Shown: positions 37,765 to 47,473, numbered from the stretch's first letter. The stretch is 64,000 bases of DNA from Bacillota bacterium (GCA_023434365.1 JAEYSV010000042.1:23546-87545); one strand, 5' to 3'. Numbers and translations are program-made. The notes: generated from the sequence alone by a model not told the origin.

Positions 37765-38382
37765 CTATTCCAATCTTATCCACAAAGCAGGACGAACTCC
37801 GCCTGTACATCTTCCATCGCTGAGGTTGCCTTTCAATATATTGTTGCCCTGGATTCCTATATTACCGTCACCATGAATATACACGGCTTTTACATTAACG
37901 CGGCCAGGCGACCTTAGCCACCACCACCAAATCTTCCCTTTATTCGCTTCAAGTCTTGCTATTCGCTTACTGTTATTTTCATCTTTTCTTTCAAACCAAT
38001 ATCGTTGATTTTTACCTGGGTTATACAGTTTTGCACTGCTATCACCAAAATATTGACACACTACCTCCTCAATACTCAATAAAAATACGTTGTCCTGCGT
38101 ATCTACTCCACCTATCGAACCATACCACTGATTGTCAGGATTCTTGTTCAATACCGGAATGATTCTTGATTTCTCAGTTGTGGTAAATTTGTCATAAAAC
38201 TCACCATTAAGATATTTTCGTAGTGCACAGTCAGCCCATGTTATCTCTTTATAAGCATCATGGTAAGCACGTTGTTCAATAATTTCTTCGGTTATAATCA
38301 AAGCTGCATTATCTTGTATGTCGAGCACACGCCAATGATAACCACCGAATGATAGTGATGAGTCGATTGTAATATTATTCAT
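37765..38382 (-). CDS. DUF6273-like protein
   Basis: FGGYHWRVL, TWADCALRKYLN..F, VFLLSIEE, WWWLRSPG, GVRPALWI. Confidence 0.8.
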   Translation of the reverse strand: MNNITIDSSLSFGGYHWRVLDIQDNAALIITEEIIEQRAYHDAYKEITWADCALRKYLNGEFYDKFTTTEKSRIIPVLNKNPDNQWYGSIGGVDTQDNVFLLSIEEVVCQYFGDSSAKLYNPGKNQRYWFERKDENNSKRIARLEANKGKIWWWWLRSPGRVNVKAVYIHGDGNIGIQGNNILKGNLSDGRCTGGVRPALWIRLE

Positions 38383-38436
38383 TTAAGCACTTCCTTCTAT
38401 GTAATTGGTAATCTACCTTACCTTTCGAACTTATTC

Positions 38437-39441
38437 TTAACCCTTCTCCTTGATCGGAAACAATAAATCAATCTGTAAATCTTTCATTTTGCCGCCTTTT
38501 TGTACAAAATTATAAAAATTCAATGTTTCTTCAAATCCTTGTCCCGCAACCGTTTCCGTCGATGTCCAGCGTGGGGCATCCCAGTCATTATCATATTTAT
38601 CGCTTTTATTAACCCATTCTCTTAATAAACGCCAATCCTGGAAATCCCACGTCCTCAATACATGAGCAGCATATAACCCGCCGTCAAAAGTTCGTTTTAT
38701 AAAAGGCTCAGGTATCTCCATGTCGTTGGGAATGGATACCCACATCTCATATACATGTGAAGATTCCCCAATTACTGCTGCACCCTTAGAGCAGTCAAAC
38801 CCAAAACTTCGGGCGTCGGGTTTGATTTTCAGTAATTCGCTTTTCTTAACAAATTGCGTTATCATGTCAATCGCTTTACCTTCGCAGCCTTCTCCCGTTT
38901 CGTAAACAGCAGCCACAGTCATAGGTGGCAGATATAAAATCCTTACATCTTTGTCCGTCAGTTTACTCAAATTATCATTTGCCTTATTTAACTCATCCAT
39001 TGATACGTTCTCCTTGATTTTATTATGAGAAAATGAAAGAGTACTTACAATGGCAAGCATGGTTTTGTCATTTAATAAATCAAGCTTTAATAATACGTCC
39101 GCTTTTTCCTGAAGCTCATCGATAAAGCGCATCAATATTAATTTGAGGGTAGACAGAGCTGTTATTTCCTCATCAAGCTCGCTAATGTTCTGTTTGAATA
39201 TCTCAATGACCTCCACGGCATTTTGGTTATTAAGAATATCTTTAATCTGCTTGACTGGAATCTGCAGCTTACGCAAGATGATGATTTGTTGAATCCGTTG
39301 GATTGCATCTTCATCATAAGCCCTGTATGCATAATCATCTTTTCGACTACTATTTATCAATCCGATTTCTTCATAGTAACATAACATTCTTCTAGAAATA
39401 CCGTATTCCATTGATACTTGTCTTATCGTTTTTAAATACAT
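38437..39441 (-). CDS. MerR regulator with GyrI-like effector domain
   Basis: ISRRMLCYYEEIGLI...YRAY, C-terminal YEMWV...GGLYAAH...LLFPIK. Confidence 0.88.
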   Translation of the reverse strand: MYLKTIRQVSMEYGISRRMLCYYEEIGLINSSRKDDYAYRAYDEDAIQRIQQIIILRKLQIPVKQIKDILNNQNAVEVIEIFKQNISELDEEITALSTLKLILMRFIDELQEKADVLLKLDLLNDKTMLAIVSTLSFSHNKIKENVSMDELNKANDNLSKLTDKDVRILYLPPMTVAAVYETGEGCEGKAIDMITQFVKKSELLKIKPDARSFGFDCSKGAAVIGESSHVYEMWVSIPNDMEIPEPFIKRTFDGGLYAAHVLRTWDFQDWRLLREWVNKSDKYDNDWDAPRWTSTETVAGQGFEETLNFYNFVQKGGKMKDLQIDLLFPIKEKG

Positions 39442-39471
39442 GATTGTTCCCTTTCTGTTTTCTTGATACCA

Positions 39472-39502
39472 AGTATATACCGTTACACGGTGTGCGAGTC
39501 AA
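39472..39502 (-). promoter_or_regulatory. MerR-type (probably autoregulated) promoter
   Basis: TTGACT-19 bp-TATACT with dyad ACAC-C-GTGT in the spacer. Confidence 0.78.
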
Positions 39503-40086
39503 GGGTTATCTCGTTTCATCATGATTGGATAACCATTCCCCATTAACGTAATAAGTGAGAACCGCTTTTTCTTATATGTAATAAAACCACACTTTTCATA
39601 AAGATTTCTTGCATTAATATTTTTAGAAAGCACTTCTATATAGCATTCTTTATAGTTTTGTAGCGAAAATGCAAACTCAAGCAGTCCAGTCGCAACGCCT
39701 CTCCCTCTTGCGGACTTCGTTGTAGCTAATACATCAATATAAATATCTGTATCTTTTTTTACTACCTGATTTTGAAATATCCAATTCATTTGTTTACATA
39801 TCATTGTGCCTTTAAGTTTCCCATAAATTCTAATGCATTGATCTAAGTCAAACTTGATTGGTCGTATATTTTTTAATCCAATTCCTAATATACCAAGAAC
39901 TTTATCTTTTTCAATATAAGCATAAATATACGAAGAATGAAATGCCGTAGAGAATAGGCTTTTTAATTCATGTATATCTTTTGAAAATGTCATCATGTGT
40001 CCAAATCCCTCAATAAAAATATCAATCGTTTCTTCTTTTTGTATATTATTTAATTGACCAAATTCTTTAACCTCATATTGATTCAT
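39499..40086 (-). CDS. GNAT N-acetyltransferase
   Basis: LATTKSARGRGVA, N.NARNLYEKCGF. Confidence 0.88.
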   Translation of the reverse strand: MNQYEVKEFGQLNNIQKEETIDIFIEGFGHMMTFSKDIHELKSLFSTAFHSSYIYAYIEKDKVLGILGIGLKNIRPIKFDLDQCIRIYGKLKGTMICKQMNWIFQNQVVKKDTDIYIDVLATTKSARGRGVATGLLEFAFSLQNYKECYIEVLSKNINARNLYEKCGFITYKKKRFSLITLMGNGYPIMMKRDNP

Positions 40087-40149
40087 GATATTACTCCTTT
40101 CAAGTTATTTCATTATCACTTAATTCCTTCTCTTGTTTTACCTAGTCAT

Positions 40150-42132
40150 TTATGATAATACATCATTTTTAAGTGTTTCAATGATATTATCCTTACAAAT
40201 CCTTCTTCCTCCAATATAATATGCCAACGCTACACAACCCATAATCATACAAGCAAATATACTAAGTGGAATAACTGGCATACTTTCCACAAATTCCTTA
40301 GCATTTATGTGGCTTGCTGTAGTCGCAAAGAGTACGAAAATAATAGTCAACGGAATCGTAATCACAATAGGTTTACCACCAATGATAAGAGCTTCCATAC
40401 ATAATATCTTCTTAATTCCCCGTGGAGAAAGTCCTATGGAAATATAACGAGCAAATTCTCTTTTTCTTTGGTATATATATCCCAGTGTATTGGAAAATAC
40501 ATTAGCCAATCCTATAATAGCCAGCAGGCCACATAGGCCGCCCATAATTATTGTATATCCTTTTATCATTTCTTGATTAAATAGTTCTTCTTCTACACGA
40601 TTTTCAATTTCATAGTTTTTACCGCTCAAGGACTGCTCCATCTTTGACTGTACAGACTTGATAGCCTTGTCAGTTGTTGTTTGTACATTGATATATGTTT
40701 CCATGGAATCTAGACTCATATTTGCCGTTATTTTCTGCCATGTACTTGCAGACATAACTTGAACCAATGCATAATTTGCATATTCTTCTCTTAATACAGG
40801 TACTTTGTCCGTAAAGGCTAAAATCGGTACGTTTACCTTATCGTTACTTCCCTCTTTGTTTTGAAATAGCGAAAGAACCATATTATCTTGCTCTTTGATA
40901 AATGGGATATAGTCTTTATAGCGGAAATTACTATTCATATTATCCCAAATACGGTTGATTGTAACCATTCCCTGCTCGGTACCATTCATATTTACTTCAA
41001 GACGTTCGCAATAACTTTGAAAGCTCTTATCATCCAATATCATAATAGGCACTTTCACTTGATACTTATTATCTTTAACAGCTACCTCCGATCCTGCAAT
41101 TGTCGAAATTCCTCCGAGCTTCTGTAAATGTTCGCCAATCATCTCGTCTGTGAGCCAGGTATAGACAGTTGCCTTCTGATATACGTTGCAACTATCAACC
41201 TGATTTAATGCATCTATATTCAATACATTTTCAACATCCTTTATACTTTGATTTTTTACTGTCGCCATGATATCCCAAGCATCTTTGTATCTTTCAAAAT
41301 AAGTGTGCTTTGTACTAATTCCTGAAAGAGTAATAAAACAAAGGAAAATACTAAATGCGAAAAAAGAAAGTGTTAAAGACAAGGTTGTTGTACGAAGTGA
41401 TTTTCTTCTTACATATAATGATTTTCTTGCCAACTCTCCCTCAATACCAAAAAGCAAAGAAATCAGACGATATTTTTTTACTTTTCTCAAAGCATGCTTT
41501 TCTTCTTCTCCCTTAATAACCTGCAATGGACTTATCTTACTTAATCGTCTCGCAGGTAACCACGCAGAACATAATACAGTAAATATGGAAGCAAGTAACG
41601 CAATTAAAAATAGACCAAAATGATAAGTAAGCTCTACATTTTCTCCACGATATGTACCTGCAATTCCGTTTGCAAACCTAATAAGTACCATACATAAAGC
41701 TACTCCACCGCCAATACCAATTAGAATCGGTAAAAGACATAATGCGAGCGCTTCCTGCAATAAACAAATTCGAATTTGTCTTGGAGTTGCACCAATACTT
41801 TGTAATAATCCTAATTGATGCAGTCTTGACTGCATTGATACCAAAAAAGCATTTCTTATAATCAAAATCAAAGCAATACAGGCAACCACCATAACAAAAC
41901 CAAAAAATGCAAGCAACATCGTTGGATGGTCCTTCTCTGAAATACTTACCGTGATTTTTGCCTGCCAATCACCTTCCTCTTTTACAATCTGATTAATATT
42001 ATCAATCCACATATTATAAAAAACACTAGTAATAAGAGATAAAAACATTGCTGAAATAAATGCTGCCACCATAAGAGAAATACTTGTAGTCTTATTATTT
42101 TTTATATGACTGATTGAATACTCTTTCCACAT
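40150..42132 (-). CDS. FtsX-like ABC permease, apparently lacking most of its first extracellular loop
   Basis: Two FtsX repeats (LQSIGATPRQI; YISIGLSPRGI). Only ~30 aa between TM1 and TM2. Confidence 0.8.
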   Translation of the reverse strand: MWKEYSISHIKNNKTTSISLMVAAFISAMFLSLITSVFYNMWIDNINQIVKEEGDWQAKITVSISEKDHPTMLLAFFGFVMVVACIALILIIRNAFLVSMQSRLHQLGLLQSIGATPRQIRICLLQEALALCLLPILIGIGGGVALCMVLIRFANGIAGTYRGENVELTYHFGLFLIALLASIFTVLCSAWLPARRLSKISPLQVIKGEEEKHALRKVKKYRLISLLFGIEGELARKSLYVRRKSLRTTTLSLTLSFFAFSIFLCFITLSGISTKHTYFERYKDAWDIMATVKNQSIKDVENVLNIDALNQVDSCNVYQKATVYTWLTDEMIGEHLQKLGGISTIAGSEVAVKDNKYQVKVPIMILDDKSFQSYCERLEVNMNGTEQGMVTINRIWDNMNSNFRYKDYIPFIKEQDNMVLSLFQNKEGSNDKVNVPILAFTDKVPVLREEYANYALVQVMSASTWQKITANMSLDSMETYINVQTTTDKAIKSVQSKMEQSLSGKNYEIENRVEEELFNQEMIKGYTIIMGGLCGLLAIIGLANVFSNTLGYIYQRKREFARYISIGLSPRGIKKILCMEALIIGGKPIVITIPLTIIFVLFATTASHINAKEFVESMPVIPLSIFACMIMGCVALAYYIGGRRICKDNIIETLKNDVLS

Positions 42133-42137
42133 GCAAA

Positions 42138-42821
42138 TTACCTCCTTCTATTTTCATCGGAAATAATTTTGCCATCTTCAATGTTAATGATTCGATTAGC
42201 TTCTAGTGCAATCTTTTCATCATGCGTAATCATAATTATCGTTTGTCCGAGATTCTTATTGGATAGTTTCAGCAACTCAATAATCTCTCTCGAATTCTTA
42301 TTATCAAGGTTTCCCGTTGGCTCATCGGCTAAAAGTAATGCAGGTCGATAAAGTAGTGAACGTACAATCGCTGTTCTTTGCTGCTGTCCACCAGACAGTT
42401 GGCTTGGCAGTGCATTTAACTTATCCTGGATACCTAATGATGATACAATATGGTCAAAAAACTCTTGGTCCGGCTTTTTTTTATCCAAAAGCATAGGCAT
42501 CATTATATTACGTTTCACTGTAAGAGTAGGAATCAGATTGTAAAATTGATAGATCAATCCCACTTTTCTTCTTCGAAATATTGCTGCCTTTGTCTGGTTC
42601 AGCGTTGATAAATCTGTATTCTCCACAAATACTTTTCCTTCTGTCGGCTGATCCACCCCACCTAGTAAATGTAAAAGAGTAGATTTTCCTGAACCCGAAG
42701 CTCCAACAACTGCTACAAACTCTCCTTTTTCAATGCTCAAATTTATATTATCCAATGCTACAACCTGATTATCTCTAGTCCCATATACCTTTTTAAGACC
42801 AATGCATTTTACAATCTCCAT
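42138..42821 (-). CDS. ABC transporter ATP-binding protein (LolD/MacB-like)
   Basis: GASGSGKST, LSGGQQQR, ADEPTGNLD, ITHD. Confidence 0.95.
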   Translation of the reverse strand: MEIVKCIGLKKVYGTRDNQVVALDNINLSIEKGEFVAVVGASGSGKSTLLHLLGGVDQPTEGKVFVENTDLSTLNQTKAAIFRRRKVGLIYQFYNLIPTLTVKRNIMMPMLLDKKKPDQEFFDHIVSSLGIQDKLNALPSQLSGGQQQRTAIVRSLLYRPALLLADEPTGNLDNKNSREIIELLKLSNKNLGQTIIMITHDEKIALEANRIINIEDGKIISDENRRR

Positions 42822-42886
42822 GATTAAACCTCCTCAATCTAATAACAACCCACATAAAGAAAGGAGATAAGTCACAGAATTGTAGC

Positions 42887-42942
42887 TGTAAACTTATCTC
42901 ATGTAAACTTATCTCATGTAAACTCATCTCATGTAAACTCAT
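42887..42942. repeat. 15-bp tandem repeat, about 3.7 copies
   Basis: TGTAAACTTATCTCA x2, TGTAAACTCATCTCA, TGTAAACTCAT. Confidence 0.9.
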
Positions 42943-43258
42943 TGCAATTTTAGTCTCTTAACTTATATTTTGACCACAAAAAATCCCCCAAAATAGTATG
43001 AAGAAAAGCATCCATACGCAATGTCAATTTGATTGCACTGATTGTCATCTTCGCATCATGTTAATGCCTATTATACCTTCCATGATGATAGTTGTCCATA
43101 ATTTGGTTTACGTTTATGCTTCTTTTAATCCAACTTTCTAAACATCAAACTAATTGATTGATCCTGCAAGTTTGAATCCTCCGATTTCACTTTACACAGA
43201 TAGTCCTTGGCATAGTACTCCATATCAACATTTCCAAAGTTCACTTCATATCATAATT

Positions 43259-43344
43259 ATATATGAGCAATTATTCATATATATATTGACAAATGGATTT
43301 TTTGTTATATAATGAAATCATATCATATGAATACATGTTCATAT
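43259..43344 (+). promoter_or_regulatory. sigmaA promoter flanked by two ArsR/SmtB (CadC-type) operators
   Basis: ATATGAGCAATTATTCATAT (43261-43280), TTGACA 43286-43291, TATAAT 43308-43313, ATATGAATACATGTTCATAT (43325-43344). Confidence 0.8.
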
Positions 43345-43369
43345 ATTCACATTGTTAAGGAGGATAAGA

Positions 43370-43487
43370 ATGAAGTCAAGAAATGAATTAGATAGATGTG
43401 ATTGTACTGTCATACACGAAGATGTTGTAAATACAGTGAAAGAAAAAACGCCCTCAGATTCAAGGTTTAATTCACGTCAACGAATAA
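43370..43487 (+). pseudogene. cadC: cadC/SmtB repressor with its core deleted
   Basis: AGGAGG RBS. N-terminus MKSRNELDRCDCTVIHEDVVNTVKEKTP is joined out of frame to the C-terminal QGLIHVNE*. Confidence 0.8.
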
Positions 43488-43517
43488 CTGACAATACAGG
43501 AGAAAGAAGGTAGTATT

Positions 43518-45635
43518 ATGGCGAAAGTAATTAATAAAGAATTCTATTTGAAAGGTTTGGGGTGTGCCAACTGTGCTGCAAAAATTGAAAGAGAAATAAA
43601 GGCATTACCAGGGGTGAAGTCCGCAAGTGTTAATTTTGCAACTAAAAAGCTTATTCTTGAGGTTCATAGTAAACACGAACTGAACGCAATCATAGAAAAA
43701 GCCTCAAAAACAGCAAACAGAATCGAGTCTGGTGTAAAAATAGTTGATAAATCACATAACGAATACGATCATGATCATGGCGATGATGTCGATAAGCGTG
43801 AGTATATCATGATTGGTACAGGTGCAGTACTATTCTTAGCTGCCCTATTTTTCAAATTTCCGATTTGGGTTGAATTTGGTCTTTACTTTGCAAGCTACAT
43901 ACTTGTAGGCCACGAAGTACTAATTCGAGCTGGTAAAAACATTCTCAGAGGACAGATATTCGATGAAAACTTCTTAATGGCTATTGCAACTATCGGAGCA
44001 TTTGCCATTAAAGAATTTCCAGAAGGTGTCGCTGTTATGCTTTTCTACCAGATCGGTGAATTGTTCCAGAATATTGCAGTAAATCGATCTAGAAAATCAA
44101 TTGCCGCATTAATGGATATTCGTCCCGACTTTGCAAATCTGAAGGTGAACGGTGAGATAAAGAAGGTTACTCCGGAAGAAGTAACTGTTGGGGATATCAT
44201 CGTGGTTAAGCCTGGTGAGAAGGTTCCTTTGGATGGTAAAGTTGTTGAGGGAAAATCCATGCTGGATACTTCCGCATTAACTGGTGAGTCCGTACCTAGA
44301 AAAGTTGAGGTGGGAAATGATGTATTATCCGGTTCTATCAATCAAAATGGACTTCTAAGTATTGAGGTCGCAAAGGAATTCGGTGAGTCCACAGTCTCTA
44401 AAATCCTTGACCTTGTACAGAATGCAGGAAGTAAGAAAGCTCCTACCGAAAACTTTATTACTAAATTCGCAAGGTATTATACCCCAGTCGTAGTATTTGC
44501 TGCAGCTGCGTTAGCGTTTCTTCCTCCTCTCCTTATTTCTGGGGCAACCTTTGCCGAATGGATTAACCGAGCACTGATATTCCTCGTAGTATCCTGTCCA
44601 TGTGCATTGGTAGTATCCATCCCTTTAGGCTTCTTTGGTGGAATCGGTGGAGCCTCCAAAAACGGTATTCTTGTGAAAGGCAGCAATTATCTTGAAGCAT
44701 TGAATAACGTAGATACTGTCGTATTTGATAAAACAGGTACTTTGACAAAGGGTGTATTCAAAGTGACTAAGATAGCAGCAATCGGCTCAGTATCCGAAAA
44801 TGACCTTTTGGAATACGCAGCCTATGCTGAAAGCTATTCTAACCATCCCATTGCCCTATCAATCCAAAAGGCATACGAGAAAGAAATCAACAAAAATGAA
44901 ATTTCAGATTATGACGAAATTTCAGGACATGGAATTAAGGTTAATGTCAAAGGGAATAACATTCTTGCCGGAAACATCAAGCTTATGAAGAAAGAGAATA
45001 TTCCTTTTGATGAAGCACAAACCGTAGGTACAGTCGTACACATAGCGATTGACGGAAATTATTCAGGGTATATTGTTATATCCGATGAAGTTAAAGATGA
45101 CAGTAAGCAGGCAATCAAGGCTCTTAAAAGCATTGGAGTTAAGAAGATAGTTATGCTGACCGGTGACAATAAGGCTGTGGGAGAAAAAATCGGCAAGGAT
45201 TTGGGATTAGATGAAGTTTACGCTGAACTGCTCCCTGACCAAAAGGTTGAGAAGTTGGAACTATTAGATAAGCAGAAATCCCCCAAAGGAAAGCTTATAT
45301 TTGTAGGCGATGGTATCAATGACGCCCCTGTTCTAGCTCGTGCCGATGTCGGTGTTGCAATGGGCGGTGTAGGTTCCGATGCAGCAATTGAAGCCGCTGA
45401 TATTGTATTAATGACTGATGAACCTTCAAAGCTTGTCAGTGCTATTAAAATAGCGAAAAGGACTCGCAGAATAGTATGGCAAAACATCATCTTTGCGATG
45501 GCAGTAAAGGGAATTGTACTCCTGTTAGGTGCCGGTGGTATTGCAACTATGTGGGAAGCCGTTTTTGCAGATGTTGGTGTTGCACTTCTGGCAGTTTTAA
45601 ATGCGATGCGTGTTATGAAAATCAATAAGCTGTAA
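43518..45635 (+). CDS. cadA: Heavy-metal P1B-type ATPase (Cd/Zn/Co)
   Basis: GLGCANC HMA domain, His-rich linker, TGES, SCPC, DKTGT, SNHP, GDGINDAP. Confidence 0.95.
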   Translation: MAKVINKEFYLKGLGCANCAAKIEREIKALPGVKSASVNFATKKLILEVHSKHELNAIIEKASKTANRIESGVKIVDKSHNEYDHDHGDDVDKREYIMIGTGAVLFLAALFFKFPIWVEFGLYFASYILVGHEVLIRAGKNILRGQIFDENFLMAIATIGAFAIKEFPEGVAVMLFYQIGELFQNIAVNRSRKSIAALMDIRPDFANLKVNGEIKKVTPEEVTVGDIIVVKPGEKVPLDGKVVEGKSMLDTSALTGESVPRKVEVGNDVLSGSINQNGLLSIEVAKEFGESTVSKILDLVQNAGSKKAPTENFITKFARYYTPVVVFAAAALAFLPPLLISGATFAEWINRALIFLVVSCPCALVVSIPLGFFGGIGGASKNGILVKGSNYLEALNNVDTVVFDKTGTLTKGVFKVTKIAAIGSVSENDLLEYAAYAESYSNHPIALSIQKAYEKEINKNEISDYDEISGHGIKVNVKGNNILAGNIKLMKKENIPFDEAQTVGTVVHIAIDGNYSGYIVISDEVKDDSKQAIKALKSIGVKKIVMLTGDNKAVGEKIGKDLGLDEVYAELLPDQKVEKLELLDKQKSPKGKLIFVGDGINDAPVLARADVGVAMGGVGSDAAIEAADIVLMTDEPSKLVSAIKIAKRTRRIVWQNIIFAMAVKGIVLLLGAGGIATMWEAVFADVGVALLAVLNAMRVMKINKL

Positions 45636-45663
45636 TGAAGTAAATTGGTCCAAATGAAAGGGG

Positions 45664-45870
45664 GAATCATTATGCTTCTGAATAATTTCTTTTTACCTGC
45701 CAATAATAGAATGGTGGCATACTATGGCTGAAAGCACATTAGATGGAGAAAGTAGAAATTCTAAGCATCAGTCTGGTAATCGCCATAAACCTGATAAAGA
45801 AATATAACATATTTTTATGCAAAGGAGCAAATTATATGAACCGCGATAACCTCATATCTCAAGTAAAAAA
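45664..45870 (+). repeat. Direct repeat, copy 1 (copy 2 at 59201-59407)
   Basis: About 207 bp ungapped, 9 substitutions by hand count. Confidence 0.92.
45724..45807 (+). CDS. Putative 27-aa small peptide
   Basis: MAESTLDGESRNSKHQSGNRHKPDKEI*, GGTGG RBS-like sequence upstream. The start is ATA in copy 2. Confidence 0.4.
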   Translation: MAESTLDGESRNSKHQSGNRHKPDKEI

Positions 45871-46075
45871 CGAGTATGCACGAATAGCCTCATCTGAATC
45901 CCAGCAACATTTTCATCAAACCACAACCGATATGACACCTGAAAGTTATTATGAAAACCTGTTAAGTAAAGCTATCAGCGAAATAAACAAAGGAACCTTT
46001 GATGATTTTAAATCTGGAAAGGAAGTAGTAACTGCTATAGCAAATGATAAGACTTGGCTTTCCGATTGGAAGTAA
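45836..46075 (+). CDS. Hypothetical 79-aa protein
   Basis: AAAGGAG RBS before MNRDNLISQVK. Terminator at 46117-46153. Confidence 0.75.
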   Translation: MNRDNLISQVKNEYARIASSESQQHFHQTTTDMTPESYYENLLSKAISEINKGTFDDFKSGKEVVTAIANDKTWLSDWK

Positions 46076-46231
46076 CTTAATATCAATTTTTTTTAATCTC
46101 ATACCAATCTGTAAGTGAACCTGCAAACCTTTTTAATTTAGGATTGCGGGTTCGTTGAATTTAAAGATGGTGAAGCATAAGAAAAAGCCAACCAGAACAC
46201 ATCAAGTCCCAGCTGGCATTTTATTCATTAC

Positions 46232-47473
46232 TCAGAAATGTTCCGACTTAGCATAAATCATATCCCAATATTCTGGTGAGCTTTTAATTGCATCATCATC
46301 ATATCCGTATTGCGCTTCTAGCTGTGCATAAGTCATTTTATTATTTTCTCTGAGCATTTTATTATTCCATCTAGCTTGCGCCGCCTTTTGCTCCTTGTTC
46401 TCTTTTATTGACAAATTTGCGTCATAAAAGTCCTGAATATGAATATCCTTTCTGCTTATATGATCTCTTGTGTTAATAATATCATACTTTACCAAAAATC
46501 CATCTCCGTTTTGGCTATAAATCGTAGCAGCAGGGGCTGAAACGCCATTAATACTAAGTCCGTAATTTTGCTGAATAAAGTAAATTGTACTCTCTTCTTT
46601 AATAAAAGGATTATGCAGAATAAATTTATTATTTTGATCTGCAATTTTCACAAGATTCCCTTCACATCCAATTTCAATGAAATCTTGTTCTTCGATACAA
46701 TATGATTCATTATTAATTACTTTATAGTTATGATCAATTTCATTATAAATAACCTCTACATATTCTACTGGAAAGTACTTCTTAAGGACTTTATAATCGA
46801 CATACCTTATTTCAGTCTTAATATTATATGTCCGGCTCAATTTTATTTCTTCAGTAACAACTGTTTTAGTATATTTTATATGTGCTCCAAAATTATCAAA
46901 TGCATTGCAACTTTTCGCAATATTCCAGGAAGCATAATATTGTAATAGCTCATCGGCATCTTTTACTCCAACTATATCTCGCAGTAATCTATCATCATTT
47001 TTAGCTATTAGAATACTATCCTTAGAAATGAATAAATATTTATGTATCGGTTCTACATATGTTATATAACCTGGAATTCCGGTTTTATAATTCATAATTT
47101 TATTATGAATCATATCTTTATCTACAATTAATGCAAGTCTTATATTATCAGACGTATTCCATCTAAATGTTTCATTCTTCTGTGTTAGCGCAATTTCATA
47201 TTCTGGATAACTTAATTTAATAATTCCATTATAAATAACTAATACCCTGCCTATTATTTTATCTCCAACCTTTATTTCCTTTGGATCTAGTCCTTTGTTT
47301 TCTTTATCATTCAAATCAAAAATGACTTTATATCCACTTTTATATGTTATGATTTCAAATTCCTTACCGTCGCCTAAACGTGTTTCATACATACATCCTG
47401 CAATTTCAGTTTCTGTAATTGTTTCTACTGTCATTTCAGTTATATCTCCTCTATTCAAATTCGTATAACCCAT
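46232..47473 (-). CDS. Hypothetical protein, very AT-rich, possible degenerate S1/OB fold at the N-terminus
   Basis: 413-aa ORF with AAGGAG RBS. RGDITEMTV...IKVGDKIIGRVLVI..G.IKLS resembles S1-domain ends. Confidence 0.6.
   Translation of the reverse strand: MGYTNLNRGDITEMTVETITETEIAGCMYETRLGDGKEFEIITYKSGYKVIFDLNDKENKGLDPKEIKVGDKIIGRVLVIYNGIIKLSYPEYEIALTQKNETFRWNTSDNIRLALIVDKDMIHNKIMNYKTGIPGYITYVEPIHKYLFISKDSILIAKNDDRLLRDIVGVKDADELLQYYASWNIAKSCNAFDNFGAHIKYTKTVVTEEIKLSRTYNIKTEIRYVDYKVLKKYFPVEYVEVIYNEIDHNYKVINNESYCIEEQDFIEIGCEGNLVKIADQNNKFILHNPFIKEESTIYFIQQNYGLSINGVSAPAATIYSQNGDGFLVKYDIINTRDHISRKDIHIQDFYDANLSIKENKEQKAAQARWNNKMLRENNKMTYAQLEAQYGYDDDAIKSSPEYWDMIYAKSEHF

Noticed and set aside
37765..38382. 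DUF6273 gene as a diversity-generating retroelement target
   Set aside because: I found no template repeat of its 3' end and no reverse transcriptase in the window
42887..42942. CRISPR array
   Set aside because: Contiguous 15-bp units with no spacers and no cas genes
45711..45786. c-di-AMP (ydaO) or other known riboswitch
   Set aside because: Only a superficial GCTGAA...GGAG resemblance; the remaining conserved elements are absent
45743..45835. N-terminal extension of the 110-aa ORF in the track
   Set aside because: The strong RBS precedes ATG 45836; the extension overlaps the candidate sORF in another frame
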